Shown one piece after another: positions 8,648 to 19,651 of a stretch of 35,088 nucleotides of DNA. Numbering within the stretch: position 1 is the first letter of the stretch; the number at the start of each line of letters is the position of its first letter. The position numbers were made by a program, and so were the translations under genes. Origin of the DNA: Nemertoderma westbladi (lineage: Eukaryota > Animalia > Xenacoelomorpha); assembly GCA_032718475.1 (NCBI GenBank), contig JAUCBJ010003041.1:1-35088 (forward strand), read 5' to 3'. Under the pieces are notes generated by a model that had not been told where the DNA came from, ran no database searches, and worked only from the letters and a program-made list of their open reading frames with translations.

Positions 8648-10702
8648 GCGAAGGAATATGATAACGTTGTCAATGGTATACAGACGTTTCGGCCTAGGAC
8701 GTTTCGGTCCAGGACGTTTCGGCCTGGACATTTCGGCCCGGACGATTCGGCCCGGACATTTCGGCCCATGACTGTAACTTAATGAAAAGGCTAACTTTTT
8801 TTGATATGATAATAATTATTCATTAAAATAATAATTATTTCACAATAACATACAAACACTTAATAAAATATCTTTCATGAAATGGCTATTTAATTTATCT
8901 TTATTTCAAAATAAAATAAACATTAGGGAAGTGGTGTTCTGGTTACTGGTTCCATAGACAATTTGCCATCAGTTATGTTATGCGGCCGAAAAAATGCAAG
9001 TCAGAACAAATCTATTGGTCTCGAGTACCACATTACTAATCCTAATATACAGTACTACCAAAGTGAATCAATTTCACGACCCATGTAGAGCTTATATCTC
9101 GTCTGATCGATATATTTTGGAGATACTTCATTAACTTTAAACATTAGGCCTACTCAATTGATAATTCTTGTAGCTGGACAGTGTGTTGCAGCTATGTCTT
9201 AATGATCTGTTGAAACAATAACTCTCATCTTCGATGATAGATGATTTTGATTTATACTGATAGATAGATAACGACGTATAATGCTTTTATTAATACATAT
9301 GCTTTTACTTTTAATACATATTTTATTTCACTTCACATCCACTCTGGTCCTTTTAATGCGCATACATTTCATCTAAATTGAAATTTAATACGCATACATT
9401 TCATCTAAATTTAAATTTAATACGCATATATTTCATCTAAATTTAAATTTAATACGCATATATTTTATCTCATTCCATATGACATCCTGTCTGTCTCTTA
9501 ATTATTAGCAATGCTCCTATAATGAAATATTTCTTATCTATTATATTTTTAAGACCAACATTAAAATACAGTAATAATTTTAATTCGGTTTATTTTAATG
9601 TACTTAATTTATTGACTCACATTTTAAAATACGTAATAATTTTAATTCGGTTTATTTTAATGTACTTAATTTATTGACTCACATTTTAAAATACGTATGT
9701 TTTTTTATGGGGGAAACCCCATCATCATAATACTAAGGTTAATTTGTCAGCATATGTTATCTTTGTTTCAAGTTACAGTATGGTGTAAATTTATATTAAT
9801 AAATAATAATAATAATATTACATTAGTTATTATTTATAAATATAATGTAGAACTTCGATCTTGACGACTTTCAAACAAGTGTTCGAGCAGTTCCTACTGA
9901 CAACTCCTCTTGTAACGAACGTAACAACTACAAAACAAATATATTGAATAACTTATTTATTATTAATAGCTTATTTAAGGGAGTAAAGTGAATCTTTGGG
10001 CCAAAACGTCCGACAAGCAAATCTTGTATTTCATTCATTGGGCCGAAACGTCCTAGGCCAAAACGTCTTAGACCGAAACGTCTGTTACCCGTTGTCAATA
10101 TGCCCATAATACAAGGAAATAATAACATTTTAATGCCAGTTTTACATATCGTGCCACCTCCTGAACTGCATCTTCTTATTGGCTCCGTTAACACTATATA
10201 TTGTGCACTACAAAATAAATGGCCAGAATGTGACCAGTGGCTCAAAGAGTGCCACGTTGAGCGTGAAGCTTTCCATGGTGGTAGCTTTTCTGGAAACAGC
10301 TCTCGTCATCTTTTAAAAAATTTGGACAAACTGGAGTCATTAGCCCCGAAAGACACGATCAATTTTGTAGACACTTTGAGGAGTTTTAATAACGTTGTCA
10401 CTAGTTGCTATGGAAACCATATAGATCCAAAATACAAGACTTACATTGCTGACTTCAAATGTCGTTACATGCAGTTGGGTATTTCAGTTACTCCGAAAAT
10501 ACATGCTGTATTTTATCATATTGAGGAGTTTTGTTCGCTGAAGAACAAGGGACTTGGTTGCTGGAGCGAGCAAGCAAATGAGTCAGTACACCACGATTTT
10601 TCACTTGTATGGGAAAACTTCAAAGTAAAATCTTTAGACCATCCTGATTATGGGAAACGATTAGCCTTCGCTGTCCAAACTTATAATTCTCGACATTTAT
10701 AG
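8648..10702 (+). pseudogene. C-terminal half of a Transib/RAG1/Chapaev-like DDE transposase, interrupted by a MULE-like element
   Basis: Removing 8675..10099 gives AKEYDNVVN-MPIIQ...PPPELHLLIG...HGGSFSGN...TPKIHAVFYHIEEF...LGCWSEQANESVHHDF. The H-x4-H...G-x2-SE-x3-E pattern resembles the RAG1/Transib C-terminal catalytic region. Confidence 0.65.
8675..10090. mobile_element. Non-autonomous MULE/foldback-like element, 1.4 kb
   Basis: TIRs GGTATACAGACGTTTCGG and (reverse complement of right end) GGGTAACAGACGTTTCGG; 15-bp subterminal repeats (GGACGTTTCGGCCTA-like) at both ends; 9-bp TSD GTTGTCAAT at 8666..8674 and 10091..10099. Confidence 0.9.
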
Positions 10703-11076
10703 GATGTGTAAAGCATCTACGGGTAGTCCTTGCTTTTGTAATACATTTTATAGTATCTGCTGTTTTCCATAATCGCCATTAATATAATATCGCCATTGTT
10801 GTATAATTGATTATAATTTCGCTATTTTAATAGGGGTCGGCTGTAGAGGGGATAACAAAGTGATGTGTTCCAGATTCAACCAGGTCACAGCCCCTTTGGA
10901 AGCCTGGCCCCTCCTGGTCATTCTGGTATATAATTTAACATATTTTATCAAAGCAAAAAAAATCGCCAGCTGTTTGAAGTGAACATTGGCAACTTTCTAA
11001 AATCATCGGAAATTGCGTCAGTGAACCATAACCAAACCATGTATATTGAATTCAAGTGAGGACAGACCTGGGTGAA
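10697..11076 (+). repeat. Direct repeat copy 2
   Basis: Matches 8260..8646. Confidence 0.95.
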
Positions 11077-11450
11077 TCCTAAATAACATTCTAATTTTGA
11101 CTTCAGTACTTCCAATATCAACCATATAATAACTACGTTCATTACCAATTTTAGGTACTACTTTATTTCTCTAGGTTATATTTTTATATTTCATTCAAGC
11201 TTTACATGCAAAGTGGATTTGCGCTGCGCTTAGGCCAGACCATTTCATAATCCACATTCAAAGTACCATAACTTTTGATCCTGTGGATGAAAATAGCTCA
11301 ATCAATTTGTTCTATAAACTAAGGGGTTGGCTGTAGAGGGAGCATAAAAGTTATCATTACCAATTTTCAGTGAAATGGAATTAAACATAGAAATCAAATT
11401 ATCAAACTATATTACATACCATCTACTACCAGTATATAATATAAACTCAT

Positions 11451-14231
11451 CTAATCTACAACTGGTATTGGTTGGACGTAATAAAGTTTATACAATGCAT
11501 CTATAGCTGGCCAGTTATGAACTATGAATGTCATTGTTCGTACCCCTTGTATTTCCCACATTCCTATGACATTACATGGTAAAATCTGAATTTGTTTCAC
11601 TGTTTGAACATCTGGAGTCCGAGGGTGGCGCCACTTAGCATCACTTGCTGCATCTACTCTGACTAGGTGCTCAACATGTATCATCTTCATTTTTTGACTG
11701 AACGAGACGAGACCAATGTGCCATTTTCTTCCATTTTGATCATCCCATATCACTGCTTTCATATCATTAATCTGTATATCATCATCATTGCTATTGTCAG
11801 AAATTGCAATATCTGATTGTGTAATGACTTTGTCAACTGCATTATCAGATATTCCACCATAATTGTAAAGTTTATTCAAATCTTCTTCATACATGATTCC
11901 ATGGGCACTTTTATTTTCAATCTCTTGATTGCCAGCAAGAATAATTGCCAGATTGGCTTTTAATTGAGTCAGAGTCTGTTGGTTAAGTTTATATAATTGC
12001 GGATGGACCGAGTAATCTTTGGGTGAAGTATGTCGTCTGTATGATATTTCTGTTCGCATCACTTTTTTCAAATATAGTTCATCATATCCACCATTGACCA
12101 AATATTCCAGTTCCTCAATGTCACAAAATGGTCCATTCCACACTTTGCATTTTCTGAGCATGTTTGAAGCATACTCCTGAACGTTTTTCTCCTTTGCAGT
12201 TACCTCCAAGAGTCGGTTGATACGATGAGCATCCTGCTTCTTAATCCAGGCCTTTTCAAGTTCACCTAGCACCTAAAATTAAAGAAATGGGCATTATTGG
12301 ATTTTTTATTTATAATAAATACTATGCAAGATCTTGGGGGTTTATACTTATTATCCAGTAATCTAAAAACAGTAACACAAACAGTTAATAACTTCTAACC
12401 TTTGCTATACAGGCTGTAGCAGCATCGATCTTTTGGTGGCCATCTGAACTCGACTTAAACAGTGTCATCTCATCTCGAATACCTTTTGCACGAAAGATAC
12501 GGTTGCTACATGCTGCTGACCGCTTGCAAAGCCTGTCAAAGTGTGCTAAATCTCTTTCGGCATCTATATTATTCACAGAGAGTTTATCAACTATGTCTGC
12601 CTCAAGCTCACTCACAACTGTTGCTCTTGCAGCATCATTGCCATCTGCAAATCCATATTCACGACCACGTTGCATTTTCAAGTCTCTTGCTGCACGTTTA
12701 CAAAACTTATCGATAAACAACTTTACAAGTCCATTTGGTTCTTCCAGCTGAAAAGAGTAATCCACTAAAAAGGCATTTAGCGTCTTCATTTCACCATTGT
12801 TGAGGTCTTCATGTAACTGTGGAAGTATTTTAACCAAATCTGACTGCTTTGATTTTTCTACCATATTTAAGAACGGCATTGTTACTTTGTATGTGAACCA
12901 TGCTAGACTCTTCAACCCAATTTCAATAAGTGGATAGTCCAAGTACAACCTACATGCCTGAATGAGAACATTTGAATGAGTAGTAGAACTTAGAAGCTTA
13001 TCAATGTCACTCAGGTGATACACAATTGCAGCCGCAGTGTAACCAAGTTTAGCAAATCTTCTTTCAGTGTAAATTGAGAATTTTTTGCGTTTGCTGTCTC
13101 GGGCGAGCTGAACATCGAACTCTTCAAACAGGGACGACTGATGTCCATCATTTGTTACCAATTTCTGGAATGCAGTGATAGCTGCAACAGTTACACACTT
13201 GTTTGTTGGCAAGAAAGATCGTAAGAATGGTTGATGCGAAAGTATTGATTCATGCAGATTAGATTGGCGTTCAAGTTCTAACAAAACAAGCAAGTTTCCC
13301 CTGTCGAATACCTCACAAGTGTGTGAGATGCATAGTAGATGTAGAGGAACATGAGATGTCATCAACGTTCCTGCAACCATTTCAGCTACTTTTAGATTTT
13401 TTGAAACGCTATCTGTCATCAAAGCTGTTATTCTTTGCCAAAGAATTTCGGCTCTGGTTTCACCTGCAATTGCCAGGCGCTTGAGATTTTCAACCAACAG
13501 CTCTGATATTGTCTCTCTGTTTTCTCGTGCAAGAGATAGTGGACGAACACTAAAATCCTTGCCACTGCTTAGCTTCACAATAACAGCTGGCCAATCACCT
13601 TCTATCCGTCTACGCTTTGTGGTGTCAAAGTGTAATGTAATCTGTTCATCTTCGGCCTCCAGTATTGCAAGTGCGGCGTTTCGCTCTTCCTGAATAGCTA
13701 GTATATGCTTCTGTTTGTCGATTGCACGCGCACTTGGTAACACATTCTCATAGCTTTCAAATTCTATAGCAGTCCGAGGTGTAGTGTTTTTCTGAGTACT
13801 AATGCTGGCAGTTGAAGTTGGCTCAATGACTCCACCATTTTCATCATCACTGTGACATCCATCAACAACAATTGGTGGGTTCAGTTCATATCTATGACCA
13901 AAGAACTCTTGTGTGGTCGCTTGAAAGGCTTTTCTCGCTTGTTCAATTGTAATAGCTGCATTCACACAGGACCTTGCCAAAGCAGTTTTGATTTTTGGTA
14001 CAAAGTTTCTGACACCAGTTCTCAGCTTAAAATGTAAGGGATATGACAATTTCACTTGGACTCCGAAATCAACCTTTGGCCGTGTGTCCCGAGCTAAACC
14101 TGAGCGATGCAGAGATTGACCTAGACATCCAGAGGGTACATTTAGAGAAGTAGATGGCGTAGATGCTCACTGAGTAGCTTCTCTACTCCACCGTGACGTC
14201 TGTTTCGCTCCAGCGCAGTTCTCAGGCATAC
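11451..14231 (-). pseudogene. Spliced DDE transposase with CxxH motif (hAT/P/MULE-group-like, family unassigned); exons ~14231..12400 and 12272..11451
   Basis: Candidate catalytic residues LHFDTT, LMTDSVSKN and NNIDAERDL, with CISH after the second Asp. An in-frame GT-AG intron joins the two ORFs. The frame is open upstream to a CAG acceptor near 14232 except for one TGA at 14167..14169. Confidence 0.7.
12273..12399 (-). other. Phase-0 spliceosomal intron, 127 bp
   Basis: AAG|GTTAGA...tttctttaattttAG|GTG; AT-rich; joins CIAK to VLGELEKAW in frame. Confidence 0.8.
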
Positions 14232-14462
14232 CTGCAGGATGTTATAACAAAAAAAACCACGGGGGTGTGGGTCATATTGACCCCCCCTTTAACTCATTTA
14301 GCTGTCATACAGTCGACATTCTAGACCTGACTCGAATAAATTGCATTCTTGACCTGATTTTGATCATCTTTGAAAAAATATATACAAGTTGTCCAACTGA
14401 CCAGTGGAAATGTGAAGAACATAACTCGATTGTCGAGTGTAATGTACTAGCTGATCTAACTA

Positions 14463-14592
14463 ATCTAGACTTTGCTGATGACTTAGGAGTACTCTCAGAA
14501 TCACTAGAGGGAGCCCAGTGGCTCTTCAGCTCATTTAGAACAAGCTGCTTCTAGTGTTGTTCTTTTTATTAACTCCAAAAAGACCAAAATTT
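14463..14592 (+). mobile_element. 130-bp fragment of LINE RT core (LDFADDLGVLSESLEGAQ), inverted relative to the LINE at 15.7-17.1 kb
   Basis: Close reverse-complement match to 16328..16456. Confidence 0.9.
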
Positions 14593-14608
14593 CAAATGGT
14601 TTTATGTT

Positions 14609-15222
14609 TTAATATAGGAGGTGAAGGCGACCACGCCACGAACCAAGCCTGTTAAGCAACGTCACCTGTTCTCTAACGAAGTTGATACAGCCTTCTATCT
14701 CGTCCCCATCCATGTCCGCCAGTTTAATATCCATAGAGTCCTTGTGGATGAAGTGGCTGAGGAACTGATGGGATGAAAATGGGACGACGGGATGACCCTT
14801 ATTCTCGAACCTTCCCAAGGTAAATTCGATGCGCCACTCCACTTTCGCTGGGACATTAAGGCAGCACTTACTGTCGCCAAACCGCACGTCGGAGACACGA
14901 CCAGACCAGGACACACTCCGTCTATAACACCCACCTTGCAGATGTTTAGAGTTTCAACCGTTATGGCGAAGGCGGCTATCTTCGATTCGAATCCATCTCC
15001 ATCAACAGCATTGGGAACTCCCGTAGGTCGCCTGCCGCTGGTTGCACCGGGAGGATTATGTCCTTGGTGGTTATTACCGGAAAACGGCCAACACCTTCAA
15101 AGATGGGGTTTATAATAGAAATGTATCCGCCGATACGCATCTCTTTATAAAGAGGCAGCTCCAAGCGAATGTCAGTGGTCATTCAGATTGATATGGCGAA
15201 CAAATCCCCTCCAACAATGCAT
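14609..15222 (-). pseudogene. Frameshifted exon-like coding remnant of unknown product
   Basis: GC-richer block preceded by a T-rich AG acceptor (~15223). ORFs 14976..15182, 14695..14934 and 14609..14914 can be chained by frameshifts. Confidence 0.4.
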
Positions 15223-15664
15223 CTAAATAATAAAATAAAAACAACCATCAGTTATCGAATGGACTAAATGGACCCTATGATGGAATAGCATAGCTGGTCA
15301 CAATTACTTATTGATTGCGTTTTATTTATCATAATTAATTTGTTTAGTTTATTAGAAGAAATACATAATAATAATAATAATTAATAATACAAATATAATC
15401 ACATTAACATGGTTCCAATAGAAAGGGAGCTCTATTCCAAATTCGCAATTCTTCAATTAAAAAATCTGATCTTTTCCTAAATTTTGTAATTACTACTGTA
15501 TATAATATGTTAAATTATATTAATTAACCCAAGTACAGTATTATTTGTGGACTGACTTCCATTAGATTTTGGGTGGAATTTTCCAATAAATAGCAGTACT
15601 CTATGGTAATATAAAGTTTTTATAGTTACTACTAGTATCGGCATGCTGCATTGCAGCTGCATTT

Positions 15665-17095
15665 TTAAGAATGCTGTTCCGGCTTGTCGACAAAATTGCG
15701 CTGCCACAACTCCCTATCTATCACCCATGACATTTACTAGATCATCCGCATCTTCAAGGCCAGTGTCCTTTAAGATGCGTCTCAAGAAAGTCATGGGCTG
15801 TCCACCATGCTTATTCACTCCATGAGGCTGCCAAAGTACAAGATTATGCACTGGCTGGTCCTCACGGTGAAAGCAATGTCCTGCAAAGCGGAGGCGATTT
15901 TGTTCTAGTGTCAAGCTTGGGGGAACCAATGAGACACCTCCAATGTTATATAGTGTCTGGTTGGAGATGTGTACATTGTACTTGACACAATGAATCCGGC
16001 GTAGCATTCTTGTGAATGTGCCATCCAGAGATTAGGTGTCCTCAGCAGTTAGAGCCCAGCATGGACTCCCATAGAGGAGTACTGGAACTACTGCTGTTCT
16101 AAATAATCGGACCTTAAGTTTCCGATTAATTCTCGGTGACTTCCAAATCCTGGAAAGCCTATTCAAGGCTGCCCATGCCTTTCCCTTACGTATTCGAAGG
16201 TCCTCACCTGACTTCCGGATCCATGATCCCAGGTAACAGAAGTCATCCACATGCTCAAGCATACCATCCTTTGAGCTTATGCTCATCCGATCAGAGACTT
16301 GCTGAGAACTTTCAAAGTTAACTGTCAAAATTTTGGTCTTTCTGGAGTTAATAAAAAGACCAACACTAGAAGCAGCATGTTCTAATGAGCTGAGGAGCCG
16401 TTGGGCTCCCTCTAGTGATTCTGAGAGTACTCCTAAGTCACCAGCAAAGTCTAGATCAGATAGGTACTTGGCAGGATTTCCTCGACTTCTGGAGCCAGTA
16501 GGTGGAGTTATCATCACCCCATCATCATTACGATGATCTAAGGACATGCGTAGAACATAGTCAACCACAATTATGAACAAGAATGGTGTAAGTGTCTCTC
16601 CCTGGAGGACGCCCCATAACACTTCAAATGGTTCTGTGTCACCATCAACAGTAGACACAAATGTTGTCGAACCATCGTATACTGATCTGATTGCTGCAAT
16701 AATTTCATCAGGAATCCCATATAATGAAAGTATGCTGAACATACGTGAGCGGGAGACTGAATCAAAGGCCTTGAAGAAGTCAACAAAGATAACAGCCAGA
16801 TGCCTGTCTTTCTTTTTTGATAACTCTTCAATTATCCTTCTAAGTGCCAAAATGGACTCCATGGTCCCACGACCTTTATGGAAACCATTCTGATTTCCAT
16901 GGAGCAGTCTCTCAATGGGATCCCTGATGCGATTTAATATAATTCTGTTGTATAGCTTTGCAGCAATCGAGATCGATGAGATTCCACGAAAAGAACCATA
17001 GAGTGTTCGGTTGCCCTTCTTGGGAACTGGCACCAACTCATTTGTTTTCATTTCTTGTGGGACTCTTGTTGTACGGTACATGTCTACTATGATGG
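15665..17095 (-). pseudogene. 5'-truncated RTE-like LINE: reverse transcriptase and C-terminus
   Basis: PVPKKG, FRGIS, QNGF, FVDFFKAFDSV, GVLQG, LTPFLF, FAGD (mutated YADD box), YLGS, LLYG, RLRFAGH, GGQPMTF, MGDR; frameshifts near 16030 and 15715. Confidence 0.92.
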
Positions 17096-17447
17096 GATAG
17101 ATGAGCTTTAAACCGAGCTTTTATAGTTAAATATAGTAGATAGATAGATAGATAAAGTTAATTATAAAATTAATGGAGACAGGGGGGGGGGGGGGGATGG
17201 GATGGGGGAGACTTGACACAAATCCCGTCTTGGCGAATTTATATCTCGCATCAATGTTAAATTCTCAAGTTAGGGAAAGGAACAGGTTACAGTGGCTCGT
17301 TATTCTAACCATAACAAAAACTAAGGTCAATACAACAGGTTACAGTATTATTTTTGGAGTAATCAGCTATTATACATTGTTACGAATTTTCTCTTGAGAG
17401 AAATTAATTTTCCTATCTGCATTATTGATAAAACATAAAACAAACCT

Positions 17448-17719
17448 GACAAACAGCAGACAAGTGTAGCCAATATTGGTTTTACCAAACTTCGATTGCG
17501 ATGCATTGTTTCGCTTCCTAACACTAACTGCAGTGCTAGTCGCCGAGGGTTTGGATATGTACTATCTGGGCATTGAGACGTACTTGGTCACAAATGTCAT
17601 CCCCATCCCGTATGACGGTTGAGAACGATACATCGTTGAAACGGTTGGACAGCAAGGCGTCCCAACTTCTCTCAATCACCCGATTCTCCCTTTATGGCAA
17701 TGGAATAAGATGTAGCCAT
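17448..17719 (-). pseudogene. Possible degenerate exon
   Basis: GC-richer block bounded by tcgcAG and CAG|GTTTGT. Partial frame IERSWDALLSNRFNDVSFSTVIRDGDDICDQVRLNAQIVHIQT contains stops downstream. Confidence 0.25.
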
Positions 17720-17807
17720 CTGCGAATAACAATGTAATTTTATATTTATTATTATTATATTTGTGTTATTGTGTACGCCACGCCACACCACGCCACGCCA
17801 CGTTGAG

Positions 17808-18303
17808 ATGCAGAATATTGACAGTACATGCATTAGTGACAATATTGGTGATTGTAAAGATATTCAATTTGAGCCACCTGAAGACACTTTTAATGCTACT
17901 GGTATAAATCTGTCACCAAAATATATTTTTCACGAAATCGATTCTTGAAGTTGTAACAACAGAAGAAGTTGGATGGAGGAAAAAATTATGCAATATGTCT
18001 AAGAGTAAAATAGATATTATACTACTATGACAATTGTATCTCCATACTGATAACAAGCGTAGTAGAGAACACTGGGAGGCAGCCTGGCCTTCTGAAATTT
18101 GGGAAATTTTGAAATATAAAATTATTGATTTTAAAAGGTTTAACATTTGGGAGTGGATTCCATTAACAATCCGTGAATCATGGCTTCCAAGTAAACAGCA
18201 CATGGCTGGCTTTCTACAAAATGTTTCTTTGGAAAATCCAGTACCACATTTTGTTGATGTTAGTCAGAGATTATTGAAATATAAAGAAGAAATGGAATCA
18301 TGA
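17808..18303 (+). pseudogene. Trp-rich coding remnant, unidentified (probably TE-derived)
   Basis: LYLHTD...HWEAAWPSEIWEILK...IWEWIPLTIRESWLP...PVPHFVDVS reads as protein; broken frame upstream. Confidence 0.35.
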
Positions 18304-18679
18304 TGTAAATTCTCCTGAAATTTGCCAAAAACCCCTCTAGTTCGTTATTGTTACAGATCACAAGAAGAATGTTCTCTGCGTGAATCAACTTGGCAATCCC
18401 CTCTAGCCTAGCTACTAGAGTGCTTGGTAGGTACTCGGCCCAATTGGTTATACCTTCAGACTCTATTAACTGCATCGCTAATGAATGTACGATGCTGGCA
18501 GTTTGGATTCGAATGCGTGACAAGCCTCAGTTATGTCGTATCTTGACGGGCCACATCCCAAGTCTGTAACAAATGACTGATATGTCCGCTCTGATGCTGT
18601 CCTCCGGTTCTTTATAATGGAAAATCGTGCAATCGCGATAAATCTCCTTCGCCTTTACGGCGACTGAGCGGTCTACCAT
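18260..18679 (-). pseudogene. Unknown ORF downstream of BEL/Pao pol, one internal TGA
   Basis: ATG at 18679 gives MVDRSVAVKAKEIY...KIRHN*(18529..18527)GLSRIRIQTAS..., in frame with ORF 18260..18523. Confidence 0.4.
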
Positions 18680-18831
18680 GGAATCTCCGCTCCCATGATC
18701 TATTAATTAATGGAATTTTGGGAATGTTATAAATTGTACAAAATGACAATTTATGAAATTCATTTAAAAATATGAATTTAAATTTATTCCCGTGAATTTT
18801 ATTATTTGATGTTAAAATTGACACAATTTGA

Positions 18832-19090
18832 TTCCAGAACAGGTCTGGGGACATAGGATCCTTAATTCTATGAAATTTGTCTTTTAAGAGTATCGGTAAG
18901 GGCTACGATATCTTAATTGACTAGAAATTTAAAGGATCTGAATTTTACAGATTTTACTAAATATTAAATTAATATTTAAGATGGGCACCGATTTATTCCA
19001 GAGCTTGTCTGGGGACGTTAACCACTGATTCTAGAATTTGTCTTTCAAGTATATCGGTGGGTGCCACGATATCTTAATCGACTAGAATTA
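18832..19090 (+). repeat. Two diverged ~100-bp direct repeats
   Basis: ttccaga...gtctggggac...aatttgtcttt...tatcggt...acgatatcttaat.gactagaa at ~18832..18927 and ~18996..19088. Confidence 0.75.
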
Positions 19091-19651
19091 CAGATGGTCA
19101 AAAGGTTTAACAGATTTATTTGCGTTTTACGCTACTGTTATATGGACATCACGCTACTATATGTATTATTTAATATAAGGTAGAAGAGCAATATCGTACG
19201 AAGCAATGTCAGTGTGAAGAGGCAAGTCGTTTCCAAGGTCTACCCAGAGCTTGGTTTAGCCGAGACACGAGGATCTGAATTTTGCATTCCTAATACTCTG
19301 CCTACCAATAATACTTGAATATAGTAGTGGCTTTATTGTACTTTAAGAAGTACGGACATTTCATCTTACTGTAGCCACGTATTTATAATATGCTACGGAC
19401 AGTAAGGAAAGAGAAAAATTATTTCTCGCCGTCGCACTAAATATATTATAAGTAATTACGTACGTAATAAACACTAATATATTGCACTAATCTACTAAAT
19501 AATCACTAAAATATCATTCTACCAAATAAAATTGAATAAAAACGATTATAATAAAATACATAATAAAGTTCGCATATAAAAATATAATAAAATAGATAAA
19601 ACAATATAGTCATACACCCACTCCAGACGTATCACGTTAGGGAGTTAGGAA

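Noticed and set aside
8681-8768. Regular short repeats resembling a CRISPR array (also 29755..29881 and 4648..4808)
   Set aside because: Units are head-to-tail without unique spacers, there are no cas genes, and the context is eukaryotic TE DNA.
10100-14055. Tail-to-tail RAG1-like ORF and second gene resembling ProtoRAG (RAG1L/RAG2L)
   Set aside because: The partner has DDE/CxxH transposase motifs, not kelch/PHD, and no RSS-like TIRs were seen. Adjacent independent elements are more likely.
19440-19624. PPT-like GGAGTGGG followed by TGTATG as start of a 3' LTR
   Set aside because: No matching sequence was found upstream of gag, so a 3' LTR here is unsupported.
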